DNA from: Candidatus Latescibacterota bacterium
Lineage (GTDB): Bacteria; Latescibacterota; UBA2968; UBA8231
Length of the DNA: 64,000 bases
NCBI GenBank assembly: GCA_965206595.1
Contig: OZ242214.1
Location: forward strand, 4,416,001 to 4,480,000
Reading direction: 5' to 3'
Numbering within the stretch: position 1 is the stretch's first letter; each line of letters begins with the position of its first letter. This document shows positions 28,245-37,265 of this stretch, piece after piece. The translations under genes and the position numbers were made by a program. The notes under the pieces were generated by a model. That model did not search any database. It worked only from the letters and a program-made list of their open reading frames with translations, and was not told the origin of the DNA.

Positions 28245-29261
28245 CTACGGGATGAGGACTGCTTTCGCCGTAGTCTTTGCGATCGACGCCTCGAAGGCGG
28301 CCAGCGCCTCTCCGAGGGGGTAGGTCTCGACCAGCTGCTCGACAGGGATGTCCCCGGCGGCGAGGTGGGCCATCGCCTGCTCGTAGTCCTCCCGCGTCGA
28401 CCCGAAGGAGGTGTGCAGGCGCTGCTCGCGGCGCACGAGGTCGGTCGCCGGCAACGGGACCGGCGCCGGATAGGTGGCGACCACCCCGATCATGCCGCCC
28501 GGCCTGACCGCCTCCGAAGCCGCGGCCAGGGCCCCTGGGGCACCCGAGGCCTCGATCAGGATGTCGACCGGCTCCGGGAGCTGCCGCGCCAGCGGCGCAT
28601 CTTCGCCGACCAGGACGGCCGCCATGCCGAGGTAGCGCGCCTTGCGCAGCCGCACCTCTGCGTCGGGGGCGATGCCGGTAACCGTTACCTCCGCCCCGCA
28701 GGCCCTGGCGACGAGGGCGCACAGCAGCCCGATGATGCCGCAGCCGGAGACCACCACCGTATCGCCGCCGCCGGCCTCGCACCCCTTCCGCACGCAGCGG
28801 CAGGCCACCGCCAGCGGCTCGATCAGGGCCCCCTCGAGATGGCTGAGGCCATCGCGCAGCGGCACGGCGAAAGCGGCGTCGACGAGGCAGTACTCGGCCA
28901 TGGCCCCAGGCATGCTCAACCCCAGTATGGCGCGGTCCGGACACTGCTGGGTGTTGCCGGCTCGGCACGGGTCGCAGCGGCCGCACCCCTGGACCGACAG
29001 GGCGCTGACCCGCTGCCCCGACTCCCACCCCTTCACGCCGGTACCGGCCGCGTCCACCACCCCCGAGAACTCGTGGCCGAGAATCAGCGGCCGCGGCACC
29101 CAGTCGAAGTTCGGTTTGGCCAGGGCCGCTGAGACGTCGGAGCCGCAGATGCCCACGGTGCGGACCGCGAGGCGGAGCTGGCCGGGTCCGGGCTGCGGCA
29201 CCGGCGCCTCGACCAGGGCGAGGTCCCCGGCCTTGTGGGACCGCATCGACAGCGCCTTCAC
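28245..29261 (-). CDS. Zinc-dependent (MDR) alcohol/polyol dehydrogenase
   Basis: GICGSD, LGHEFSG, CGRCDPC…C and GCGIIG motifs. Confidence 0.92.
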   Translation of the reverse strand: MKALSMRSHKAGDLALVEAPVPQPGPGQLRLAVRTVGICGSDVSAALAKPNFDWVPRPLILGHEFSGVVDAAGTGVKGWESGQRVSALSVQGCGRCDPCRAGNTQQCPDRAILGLSMPGAMAEYCLVDAAFAVPLRDGLSHLEGALIEPLAVACRCVRKGCEAGGGDTVVVSGCGIIGLLCALVARACGAEVTVTGIAPDAEVRLRKARYLGMAAVLVGEDAPLARQLPEPVDILIEASGAPGALAAASEAVRPGGMIGVVATYPAPVPLPATDLVRREQRLHTSFGSTREDYEQAMAHLAAGDIPVEQLVETYPLGEALAAFEASIAKTTAKAVLIP

Positions 29262-29280
29262 GGTTCTGCCCCGAACGGGA

Positions 29281-31395
29281 TCAGTCCGGCAGCCGCAGGG
29301 CGCGGACGCGGTTGTTGCCGAAATCGCTGATCAGCAGGATGTGGGAATCGAAGAAGCAGAGGGCGTTCGGTTCGTTGAGCCGCGCCGCGGTACCCTGCTC
29401 GCCGTCGGCGCACTCCCCCGGCTCGCCGCAGCCGGCCACGGTCCGCAGGCGCCCGTCGGCGCCGACGCGGCGCACGCAGTGGTTGTTGGTGTCGGAGAAG
29501 TAGAGACTTCCGTCGATGCCGACGGCGACCCCGGACGGCTCGTCGATGCGGGCTTCGGTTGCCCTCGTTCCGTCGGGAGAGAACCCCGGCTCCCCGCAGC
29601 CGGCCACCGTGTCGATGACGCCGTCGGCGTCGACCTTGCGGATCGCGTGCCGCCTGCTGTCGGCGAAGAACAGGGCCCCGTCCGGGCCGAAGCAGAGCGC
29701 CTCCGGCTGGTGAATGCGGGCATTGGCCGCGGGTCCGCCGTCTCCGGAGTACCCGGGAAGTCCGATCCCCGCCACGGTGGTGATGATGCCGCTGTCGGCG
29801 TCGACCCTGCGGATGCGGCCGACCGCGTCGCCGATGTAGAGGTCGCCGTTCGACCCGTGGGCGACCGAGGCGATTTGCACGAAGCAGGCGCTGACCGCGA
29901 GGGCGCCGTCCCCCTTGTCCCACTCCTGCCCGGTGCCGGCGACGACGCGGATGATGCCGTCGGCGTCGACGCGGCGAACGTGCGAGTGGCGGGTGTCGGC
30001 GATGACGACGCGGCCCTCCGGGTCGACGGAGACGTCGTGGGGGTTGCCGAGGTAGGCCTCGGTGGCCGGGCCGTTGTCGCCGCCGTAGGCGCGGGCGCCG
30101 TTTCCCGCAGCGGTGCGGATGATCCCGGTGGCCGGCTCGACTACGCGGATGCGCTGGTTCCAGGCGTCGGCGAGGTAGATGCGCCCGTCCGGGGCGACGT
30201 CGATGCCGGCTATGCCGTTGATGTACCCCTCGGTGGCGACCTCGCCGTCGTGCACGTGGGTGCCGCCGAGCACGGTGGTGACGATGCCGGTGGCGCCGTC
30301 GCAGCGGCGCGTGCGTCCGGAGCAGTCACCCCAGTAGACCGAGCCGTCGGGATCGGCCCAGATCCCCGCTTCGACGGAGTTGCAGTGGGTCTCGGTGCCG
30401 GGCAGCCCCTCCTCGCCGAAACCGGGACAGCCGTTGCCGACCAGAGTGGTGACGATGCCGGTGTTGGCCTCCACCTTGCGGATGCGGAAACCGTACTTCT
30501 CGCCGACGTAGAGGTTGTCGCCGGCGTCGAAGCAGATGGCGTCCGGCATCAGGGTGCTCGCCTCGACCGCGGAGCCGCCGTCGCCGTTGGAAGCGCGCTG
30601 CCCGTTGCCGAGGACGGTGGTGACGACCCCGGTCTTCATGTCGATCCGGCGGATGCGGTCGTTGGAGTTGTCGCAGACGTAGAGGTCCCCCTGCGAGTCC
30701 AAGGCGAGGTGCTCCGGGTGGTGGAAGCCGGCCTCCGCCGCGGGGCCGCCGTCGCCGTGGTAGCCGCCGAGGCTGATTCCCGGGCCGCCGGCCGGCCGGC
30801 TGTCCCCCTTCTCCGAGGGGTAGTGGCGCGCGTCGAGGCCGGCGAAGCGCTCGATGATGCCGGTCCGGGCGTCGACGCGGCGGATGTTGTCGGCCCACTC
30901 GCTCGAGAGGTAGAGGTCGCCGTTGGCTGCCACGGCGATGCCGCAGGTGGTGTCCATCTCGGCGTCCACCGCCGGACCGCCGTCGCCGCCGCGGCCGACC
31001 TTGCCGCTGCCGGCGACCCGGGTGACGATGCCGGTTGCGGCGTCGATGCGACGGTAGACCTGGTTGCCGAGGTCGGACAGGTAGAGGTTGCCCTGACTGT
31101 CGATGGCGAGGTCGTGGGGGTTGTTGAAGCGGGCGGCTTCCGCGGGGCCGCCGTCGCCGCTCAGGCCGCGGATGCCGTCGCCGGCGAAGTTGTGCAGGAT
31201 GCCATCGGCGTCGATGCGGTAGAGGCGGTGCCACTGGTAGTCGACGACGATGAGGTCGCCGTCCGGGCGGCGGCCGACGCCCAGGGTCCAGCCAGCGTCG
31301 GCGTCGCGCGCCGGGATGCCTTCGCGAAAGCCCGTCCCGGCGATGCGGACGACGGCCCCGGGGGCCAGGCGGCCAAACAATTTTAGAAGGTTCAT
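29281..31395 (-). CDS. NHL-repeat beta-propeller protein (~12 repeats), no signal peptide
   Basis: Repeated AG.G..G.SGDGGPA..A…P…G.LY..D..N.RIRR.D units. Confidence 0.9.
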   Translation of the reverse strand: MNLLKLFGRLAPGAVVRIAGTGFREGIPARDADAGWTLGVGRRPDGDLIVVDYQWHRLYRIDADGILHNFAGDGIRGLSGDGGPAEAARFNNPHDLAIDSQGNLYLSDLGNQVYRRIDAATGIVTRVAGSGKVGRGGDGGPAVDAEMDTTCGIAVAANGDLYLSSEWADNIRRVDARTGIIERFAGLDARHYPSEKGDSRPAGGPGISLGGYHGDGGPAAEAGFHHPEHLALDSQGDLYVCDNSNDRIRRIDMKTGVVTTVLGNGQRASNGDGGSAVEASTLMPDAICFDAGDNLYVGEKYGFRIRKVEANTGIVTTLVGNGCPGFGEEGLPGTETHCNSVEAGIWADPDGSVYWGDCSGRTRRCDGATGIVTTVLGGTHVHDGEVATEGYINGIAGIDVAPDGRIYLADAWNQRIRVVEPATGIIRTAAGNGARAYGGDNGPATEAYLGNPHDVSVDPEGRVVIADTRHSHVRRVDADGIIRVVAGTGQEWDKGDGALAVSACFVQIASVAHGSNGDLYIGDAVGRIRRVDADSGIITTVAGIGLPGYSGDGGPAANARIHQPEALCFGPDGALFFADSRRHAIRKVDADGVIDTVAGCGEPGFSPDGTRATEARIDEPSGVAVGIDGSLYFSDTNNHCVRRVGADGRLRTVAGCGEPGECADGEQGTAARLNEPNALCFFDSHILLISDFGNNRVRALRLPD

Positions 31396-31397
31396 GG

Positions 31398-32645
31398 TCA
31401 CTCCGGTACGATCGGGTGAGTTCGGTCCTGGGGAGTCAGGGGCTCGCCGCCCCCCTCGGCGACCACGAATGAGCACTCGACCTGGAGGGAGAAAGCGCCC
31501 GGGGTGAACAGGCCGGCCTCGAGGGAGAACACCATGCCGGCTTCCAGCGGCAGGTCGGAGGGCTCGTCGACGCAGTCGTCGCGGATGCGCAGCCCGTTGT
31601 CGGGCACCAGGATCGGGTAGTCACGGACCTCGAGGCCGATGCCGTGGCCGTGGGGAAACGAACCGGTGATTCCGCGCCCCTCCAGCAGGCCGCTCATGGC
31701 CGCGGCGACGCTCGAAGCCTTCGCCCCGGCGCGGGCGGCCTCGGCGCCGGCGGCGACCGAGTCGCGCAGCCCCTCGTAGCGGGCGCGGTTCTCCGCGCCC
31801 GGCTCGCGCAGCGCCAGGGTCTGGCCGCTGTCGGAGCAGTAGTAGTCGAAGACGCAACCGTAGTCGGTGTAGAGCAGGTCGTCCTCGAGGAGGGTAACGT
31901 CTGGTTCGGTGGAGAGACCGAGGCCGCGGACGCAGACCGCGAAGTGGTCGAGATCCGCCCCTTCCTGCGCCACCAGGGCGCGGTATTCGGCCACCATCTC
32001 CCGCGTCGACGTTCCGGGGAGGGCGCCGGACAGCACGCGGGTGGCCGCCCCCTCGCCAATGCGGCAGGCGGTGCGCAGGCGCTCAAGCTCCTCGGGACCC
32101 TTCACCATACGGATGAGAAGGATGAGGTTGGAGCAGTCCCTGATCACCGCCTCCGGCAGGCTCTCGCGGATCCCGGCGAGAGTGGCCGCAGGCAGGCTGC
32201 CGCACTCGATGCCGATGCGGCCGTCGGCGAGGCCGCGGTCGGTCAGAGCTTCCGCCAGGGAGCCGACCGCGGTGGCCTCCGGGTCGAGAGCCCGCGCGAA
32301 CTCGAGGAAATACTGCTGCCGCTCGTCGAGCGGGAGATCGGCCGGGGCCGGGTCGTCGAAGCCCCCTCCTCCGGCAGAGCGGACCTCACGCACCCAGGAA
32401 TCGAGGGAGTTTGCCGCCAGCAGCGGCACCAGGACGAGGGCCGGCTCGCCGTGCCGGGGAAAGAGGGCGAACTGCTGCGTCAGCCCGGTGCCGGCGCCCG
32501 GACGGGTCATGTACTCCTTGAACAGCTTGTCGAGCCAGCAGTAGTAGTCGCTGAAGTAGGTGATGTTGGTCGGGCTCGTCGCCACCAGGGCGTCGAGGCC
32601 GCAACGGTCCATGTGCTCGATGGCGCGCTCGCGGTTGAACAGCAT
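31398..32645 (-). CDS. M24 family (Xaa-Pro peptidase/creatinase-like) hydrolase
   Basis: N-terminal creatinase-like domain; RMVKGPEEL, DYG, YCSD, HGHGIGLE and EAG motifs. Confidence 0.88.
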   Translation of the reverse strand: MLFNRERAIEHMDRCGLDALVATSPTNITYFSDYYCWLDKLFKEYMTRPGAGTGLTQQFALFPRHGEPALVLVPLLAANSLDSWVREVRSAGGGGFDDPAPADLPLDERQQYFLEFARALDPEATAVGSLAEALTDRGLADGRIGIECGSLPAATLAGIRESLPEAVIRDCSNLILLIRMVKGPEELERLRTACRIGEGAATRVLSGALPGTSTREMVAEYRALVAQEGADLDHFAVCVRGLGLSTEPDVTLLEDDLLYTDYGCVFDYYCSDSGQTLALREPGAENRARYEGLRDSVAAGAEAARAGAKASSVAAAMSGLLEGRGITGSFPHGHGIGLEVRDYPILVPDNGLRIRDDCVDEPSDLPLEAGMVFSLEAGLFTPGAFSLQVECSFVVAEGGGEPLTPQDRTHPIVPE

Positions 32646-32662
32646 GAGGTATGTACGAGCTC

Positions 32663-33436
32663 CTATCTGTAAGGTTCCATCGCTTTGTCCGCCGCGGCCT
32701 GCAGCAGGTTGTACTCGCTCTGCCGCGTGCTGCCGAAGATCAGGCAGCCCCGCTTGCGTTCGCGCTCGTACGCCGCCCGGTCCTTCGGCATGATCGCCGG
32801 CTCGACCGCCAGGCCGCGGGCGAGTGCGGCGGCGATCACCTTCTCCATGGCGGCGAGCACCTCGGGGTGCTCCCACTGCCCGTGAAGACCCATGGTCGCC
32901 GCCAGATCCCCGGGGCCGAAGACGATCCCGTCCACCAGCTCGACCGCGAGGATGCTGTCGATGTTCGCCACCGCCAGGGCCGACTCGATCTTGGGGATCA
33001 CCAGCACCGCTTCGTTGGCCGCCTCGCAGTAGGCTGCTACGTCGCTGCTGTCGTAGCCGGCGTTGGCCCCCAGGGCAAGGCCGCGTTCCCCCGCAGGGGC
33101 GTACTTGCACCAGCGCACCAGCTCTTCCACCTGTTCCGGGGTATCGGCGTGCGACAGCACGATGCCGAGGGCGCCGGCGTCGAGCATGCGCGACACCAGG
33201 GCGCGTTCCGGGGCCACCACCGTCACCCAGGGGGCGAGCCCGTTGTCGCGGGCGATGACCAGGAAGTTGGTGAGGGTCTCCTCGTTGTGGACCACGTGCT
33301 CGGTGTCGACCATGAGGAAGTCGAAACCGGCGCGGGCGGCGATCTTGGCGACCGACGGGCGCAGCGATTCGAAGACGTTGAACCCGGCCGCGGGTTCGCC
33401 CCGTTTCCAGGCCTCTTTTACGGGATTGGCGATCAT
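32663..33436 (-). CDS. HpcH/HpaI aldolase family protein
   Basis: VDTEH, LDAGALG, YAPAGERG, KIES and GPGDL motifs. Confidence 0.9.
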   Translation of the reverse strand: MIANPVKEAWKRGEPAAGFNVFESLRPSVAKIAARAGFDFLMVDTEHVVHNEETLTNFLVIARDNGLAPWVTVVAPERALVSRMLDAGALGIVLSHADTPEQVEELVRWCKYAPAGERGLALGANAGYDSSDVAAYCEAANEAVLVIPKIESALAVANIDSILAVELVDGIVFGPGDLAATMGLHGQWEHPEVLAAMEKVIAAALARGLAVEPAIMPKDRAAYERERKRGCLIFGSTRQSEYNLLQAAADKAMEPYR

Positions 33437-33438
33437 GG

Positions 33439-35334
33439 TCAGTAGTGGAACCTCTGCTGCCTGCGGCGGTCGCGCTCGTACGCGGCGCGCAGCTCGCGCG
33501 CCTCGGAGTTGGAGCTCACCTCGGCGACCTCGACGTCCCACCACATGCCGGAAGGGGGCGGGAACCGATGCTTCTCGATCTCGGCGGCGATGACGCAGGG
33601 ACGGGTTTCGGCGCGCGCCTCCCTGAGAGCGGCGCGCAGCTCCTCCTCGGTTTCGACGCGCCAGGAGCGCGCCCCCATGCTGGCGCCGTTGCCGGCGAAG
33701 TCGAGGTCGAGGTAGGCGCCGGACAGGCGCCTCGTCTGCGGGTCGCGGGCGCGGAATTCGTTGCCGAAATCCCTCCCCGTGGTCGCCAGCTGCAGCCCCC
33801 TGATGCACTGGTACCCGTGGTTGTTCGAGACGATCACCGTGATCTTCAACCCCTCCTGGACCGCGGTGACGATCTCGGTCGGGGACATCAGGTAGGTGCC
33901 GTCGCCGACGAAGACGAACACCTCTCCCTGCGGCTGCGCCATGCGCACGCCGATGCCGGCGGGGATCTCGTACCCCATGCAGGAGTAGCCGAACTCGAGG
34001 TGGCAGTGCCTGCCGCCGGAGGTATCCCAGAGCTTGTGCAGGTCGCCGGGCTGGTTGCCCGCGGCCGAGATCACTGTGTCCCCCGGCTTCGCCTCCTCGT
34101 TGAGGATGCCGATCAGGTGGCCCTGGCTCATCGCCTCGCCGGGGACCTGGGTGTAGATCTCCTTCTGCTTCTGCTTCCGCCACGTCTCCCTCGCCGTGGC
34201 GATCTCCTCGACGTACGCGGCGTCCGGCCTGACCCCGGCCTCGGCGCAGGCATTCGAAAGGGCGCGCAACGCCTCGCGGACGTCGGCGACGATCGGCAGG
34301 GCTCCCTGCTTGCAGGCGTCGCGCCCGGCGACGTTGATGCCGATGAACTTCACCTGCGGATGGTGGAAGGCGGCCTGCGAACCGGTGGCGAAGTCGCTGA
34401 GGCGGGTGCCGGCGCAGATGACAAGGTCGGACTGGCCGATGATGCGGTACGCCGCGGGGTTGCCGCTGATGCCGAACGAGTGCAGGCAGAGCTCGGATTC
34501 TGCGGCCATGGCGCCGCGGCCGGCCAGGGTCTCCCCGACCGCCATGCCGGTCTGCCCGGCGAACTCCCGCAGTTCCCGGGAAGCGTCGGAGTAGTGGACC
34601 CCGCCCCCGGCGATGATCGCCGGCCGCCTGGCCGCCCTGATCATCTCCACGGCTTCGGCGATTCGCCGCGGCTCCGGGGGCCGGCGGTCGACGCGCCAGG
34701 TGCGCTCCTCGAAGAAGCGGACCGGGTAGTCCCAGGCGTGCGACTGGACGTCCTGGGGCAGCGACAGGGTGACGGCGCCGGTCTCGGCCGGGTCGAGGAG
34801 GACGCGCATCGCCTCGGGAAGCGCGGTCAGCAGCTGCTCGGGCCGCGTGATGCGGTCGAAGAATCGGCTCACCGGCCGGAAGCAGTCGTTGACGCTGACG
34901 TCGGCCGCGGTGGGGTTCTCGAGCTCCTGCAGCACCGTCCCCTGATGGCGGGTGGCGTAGTAGTCCGAGGGCAGCAGCAGCACCGGCAGCCTGTTGATGG
35001 TCGCCGTCGCCGCCCCGGTAACCATGTTGGTGGCCCCCGGACCGATGGATGAGGTGCAGGCCAGGGTCGCCAGGCGCCGGTTGGCCTTGGCGTACCCCGA
35101 CGCCGTGTGCACCATCGACTGCTCGTTGCAGGGCTGGTAGTAGGGCAGTCCGGTGCCGCCGCATTCCTCGAGCGCCTGGCCGAGGCCGGCGACGTTGCCG
35201 TGCCCGAAGATCCCGAACAGGGCCGGGACGAGGCGGCGGCGCTCCCCGTCCCGCTCACTGTACTGGACCTTCAGGTACTCGACGAGCGCCTGCGCCATGG
35301 TCAGGCGTCGGGTCTCGTGACCGTGGATGCTCAT
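33439..35334 (-). CDS. iolD: 3D-(3,5/4)-trihydroxycyclohexane-1,2-dione acylhydrolase (ThDP-dependent)
   Basis: RLTMAQALV, GIFGHGNVAGLGQAL, NEQSMVH, SSIGPGATNM, EFGYSCMGYEI, GDGTYLM and WWDV. Confidence 0.93.
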   Translation of the reverse strand: MSIHGHETRRLTMAQALVEYLKVQYSERDGERRRLVPALFGIFGHGNVAGLGQALEECGGTGLPYYQPCNEQSMVHTASGYAKANRRLATLACTSSIGPGATNMVTGAATATINRLPVLLLPSDYYATRHQGTVLQELENPTAADVSVNDCFRPVSRFFDRITRPEQLLTALPEAMRVLLDPAETGAVTLSLPQDVQSHAWDYPVRFFEERTWRVDRRPPEPRRIAEAVEMIRAARRPAIIAGGGVHYSDASRELREFAGQTGMAVGETLAGRGAMAAESELCLHSFGISGNPAAYRIIGQSDLVICAGTRLSDFATGSQAAFHHPQVKFIGINVAGRDACKQGALPIVADVREALRALSNACAEAGVRPDAAYVEEIATARETWRKQKQKEIYTQVPGEAMSQGHLIGILNEEAKPGDTVISAAGNQPGDLHKLWDTSGGRHCHLEFGYSCMGYEIPAGIGVRMAQPQGEVFVFVGDGTYLMSPTEIVTAVQEGLKITVIVSNNHGYQCIRGLQLATTGRDFGNEFRARDPQTRRLSGAYLDLDFAGNGASMGARSWRVETEEELRAALREARAETRPCVIAAEIEKHRFPPPSGMWWDVEVAEVSSNSEARELRAAYERDRRRQQRFHY

Positions 35335-35343
35335 GGCTTCTCT

Positions 35344-35463
35344 CCGTGCATCAATTTCATAGCTCGCCGTGCTCGCTTGGACTCGCGAACCTGCCGGGTT
35401 CGATGTGACCGCGGGCAACAGCGCGCCGTGCATCAATTCCATGGCCAGCCGTGCTCGCTTGGA
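35344..35463. repeat. Two 38-bp imperfect direct repeats separated by 44 bp
   Basis: 35344-35381 CCGTGCATCAATTTCATAGCTCGCCGTGCTCGCTTGGA vs 35426-35463 CCGTGCATCAATTCCATGGCCAGCCGTGCTCGCTTGGA (34/38 identical). Confidence 0.85.
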
Positions 35464-35510
35464 GCCTGGTCGCTGGCTTGTTGCACCTTCATGCCGATTC
35501 GCTGGCTCGC

Positions 35511-36688
35511 TTATCCGCCGATCCCGCGCACCGGTTCCCAGCTCTCGCTCTCCCAGGAGCGGGCGACGGCGTCCTGAACCTCGGCGACGGCCAGGGCATC
35601 GGCAAAACCCGGCTCCCCCTGACTGCCGGCGGCGATACTGTCGAGGAACTTGCCTGCCTCGATCGCCTTCAGATCGTCGTATCCCAGGCCGAGGGCGGGT
35701 CCCGGGGTGAAGCGCAGGTGGGACGGGTGCTCCGGGCCGCTAACGATGGTGACGAAGCCGTCGTGGCCGCCTTCCTCTTCTGGCAGGTAGACCTGCAGCT
35801 CGTTCATGCGCTCGAAGTCCCAGCGTATCGCCCCCCTGGTCCCGTGCACCTCGAATGCCATCTGGCACTTGAGACCGCTGATGATGCGGTCGACCTCGAA
35901 GCTGCCCTGGCGCCGTTGGCGAACCGCACCAGGGCCCCGGCGTAGTCTTCGTTGGTCACCTTCCCTTTTGGGCCGCCGCTACGCACCGAGAAGTGGGTGC
36001 CTTCGCCGGCCGCGGCCAGCGGCAGCGGGCGCTCGCCGATGAAGGTGGCGCGGTTGCCGACGACGCGGTCGATCGGACCCGCCAGCGAGTGCGCCATGTC
36101 GATGACGTGCGACATCAGGTCCCCGAGGGCGCCGAGGCCGGCGTGCTCCTGCTGGAAACGCCAGGAGAGGACGGCGTCCGGGTTGCTGGCGTAGCCCACG
36201 AGGAAACGGCCGCGGTAGTGGGTGAGGTCGCCGAGCCTGCCGTCGCGGATGAGCCGGCGGGAGTGCTGCACCAGCGGCGCCCAGCGGTAGTTGTAGCCGA
36301 CGAAGGTCAGAACCCCGGCCTCCCTTGCCGCCGCTTCGATGCGGGCCGTCTCCCGGGGACCGCGCCCCACCGGTTTCTCGCAGAAGAGATGCTTGCCGGC
36401 CGCAGCGCAGGCCTCGACGATTTCGAGGTGGCGGTCGTTCGGAGTGGCGATGTTGACGACGGCGACCTCGGGATCGTCGACCACCTCCCGCCAATCCGTG
36501 GTGCTGCCAGCGAAGCCGAAGCGCTGTTGCGCCTCGCGGGCGCGGCTCTCGACATCGTCGGCGCAGACCACCAGCCGGGGTTGGAGCTCGCTGTCCCAGA
36601 AGCGGTCGGCGACGGTGCGGTAGGAGCGGCTGTGGACCTGGCCCATCCACCCCATTCCTATTACCCCGATGCCTGCGGTTCGAGCCAT
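35511..36688 (-). pseudogene. Gfo/Idh/MocA (IolG-like) oxidoreductase split by a 1-base deletion near 35906-35911 (or sequencing error)
   Basis: [25 protein letters not shown] and NED motifs; FANGAR continues as [11 protein letters not shown]…FEVHGTRG in a shifted frame. Confidence 0.8.
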
Positions 36689-36815
36689 GGTCAAGTCCTT
36701 CGTTGCGAACCGCAGAAGGTATCCGGGCTGCCGGGGCGGGACAAGCGGAGACCGGGCGAATGGCCGGTACTCCGCCGGTGTCGGCTGATCGGGGGGCCAT
36801 CCCGGCTGTGCCAGC

Positions 36816-36844
36816 TTGACTATTCCCAGTACGGTTGGTAGCGT
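36816..36844 (+). promoter_or_regulatory. Putative sigma70 promoter upstream of the polysaccharide export genes
   Basis: TTGACT - 17 bp - TAGCGT with an extended -10 TG. Confidence 0.5.
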
Positions 36845-37265
36845 TAAATGGTTCTGTTCGTTGTGCTTTCCCCCACGTTCTCACCCGTCACCTCCCTTTG
36901 CACCGCTCGTCCATTCCGCACCCAGCAGTTCAGTATCTTCCCGTGCAGGTTCTGTACGGTTAGAGGTCTGGGCACGGAAGCATCGCCAGGCATCGAGCGA
37001 GCTTCATCCGCCAAGCCCTCGCCACGTCACCACCACACAAGCGGCGTTTTGACCAGCGACCATACTGCCGGCATCCGGCCATCGACCTTTCGGCAGCCCT
37101 TGCACCATGTATGACACCGCGGCAGGACGCCGGGTTGCAGGCAGCCGGCCGTTACGGTGTTCGGCAAGGGGAAAGGCCCGCAGCCGCGGGCCTGAAGACC
37201 GCCATCGGCGGCTGCCCCCCGACACTCCAGTTAACAAATACGTCGAATCTGTAACAGGAGGAATC

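Noticed and set aside
28642-31386. 914-aa plus-strand ORF and similar long overlapping ORFs (e.g. 56893-59412, 22533-24401, 1757-3232)
   Set aside because: Antisense or off-frame shadows of real genes, typical of high-GC DNA; no motifs
35344-35463. CRISPR array
   Set aside because: Only two imperfect repeats, no clear palindrome, no leader and no cas genes; kept as a plain repeat
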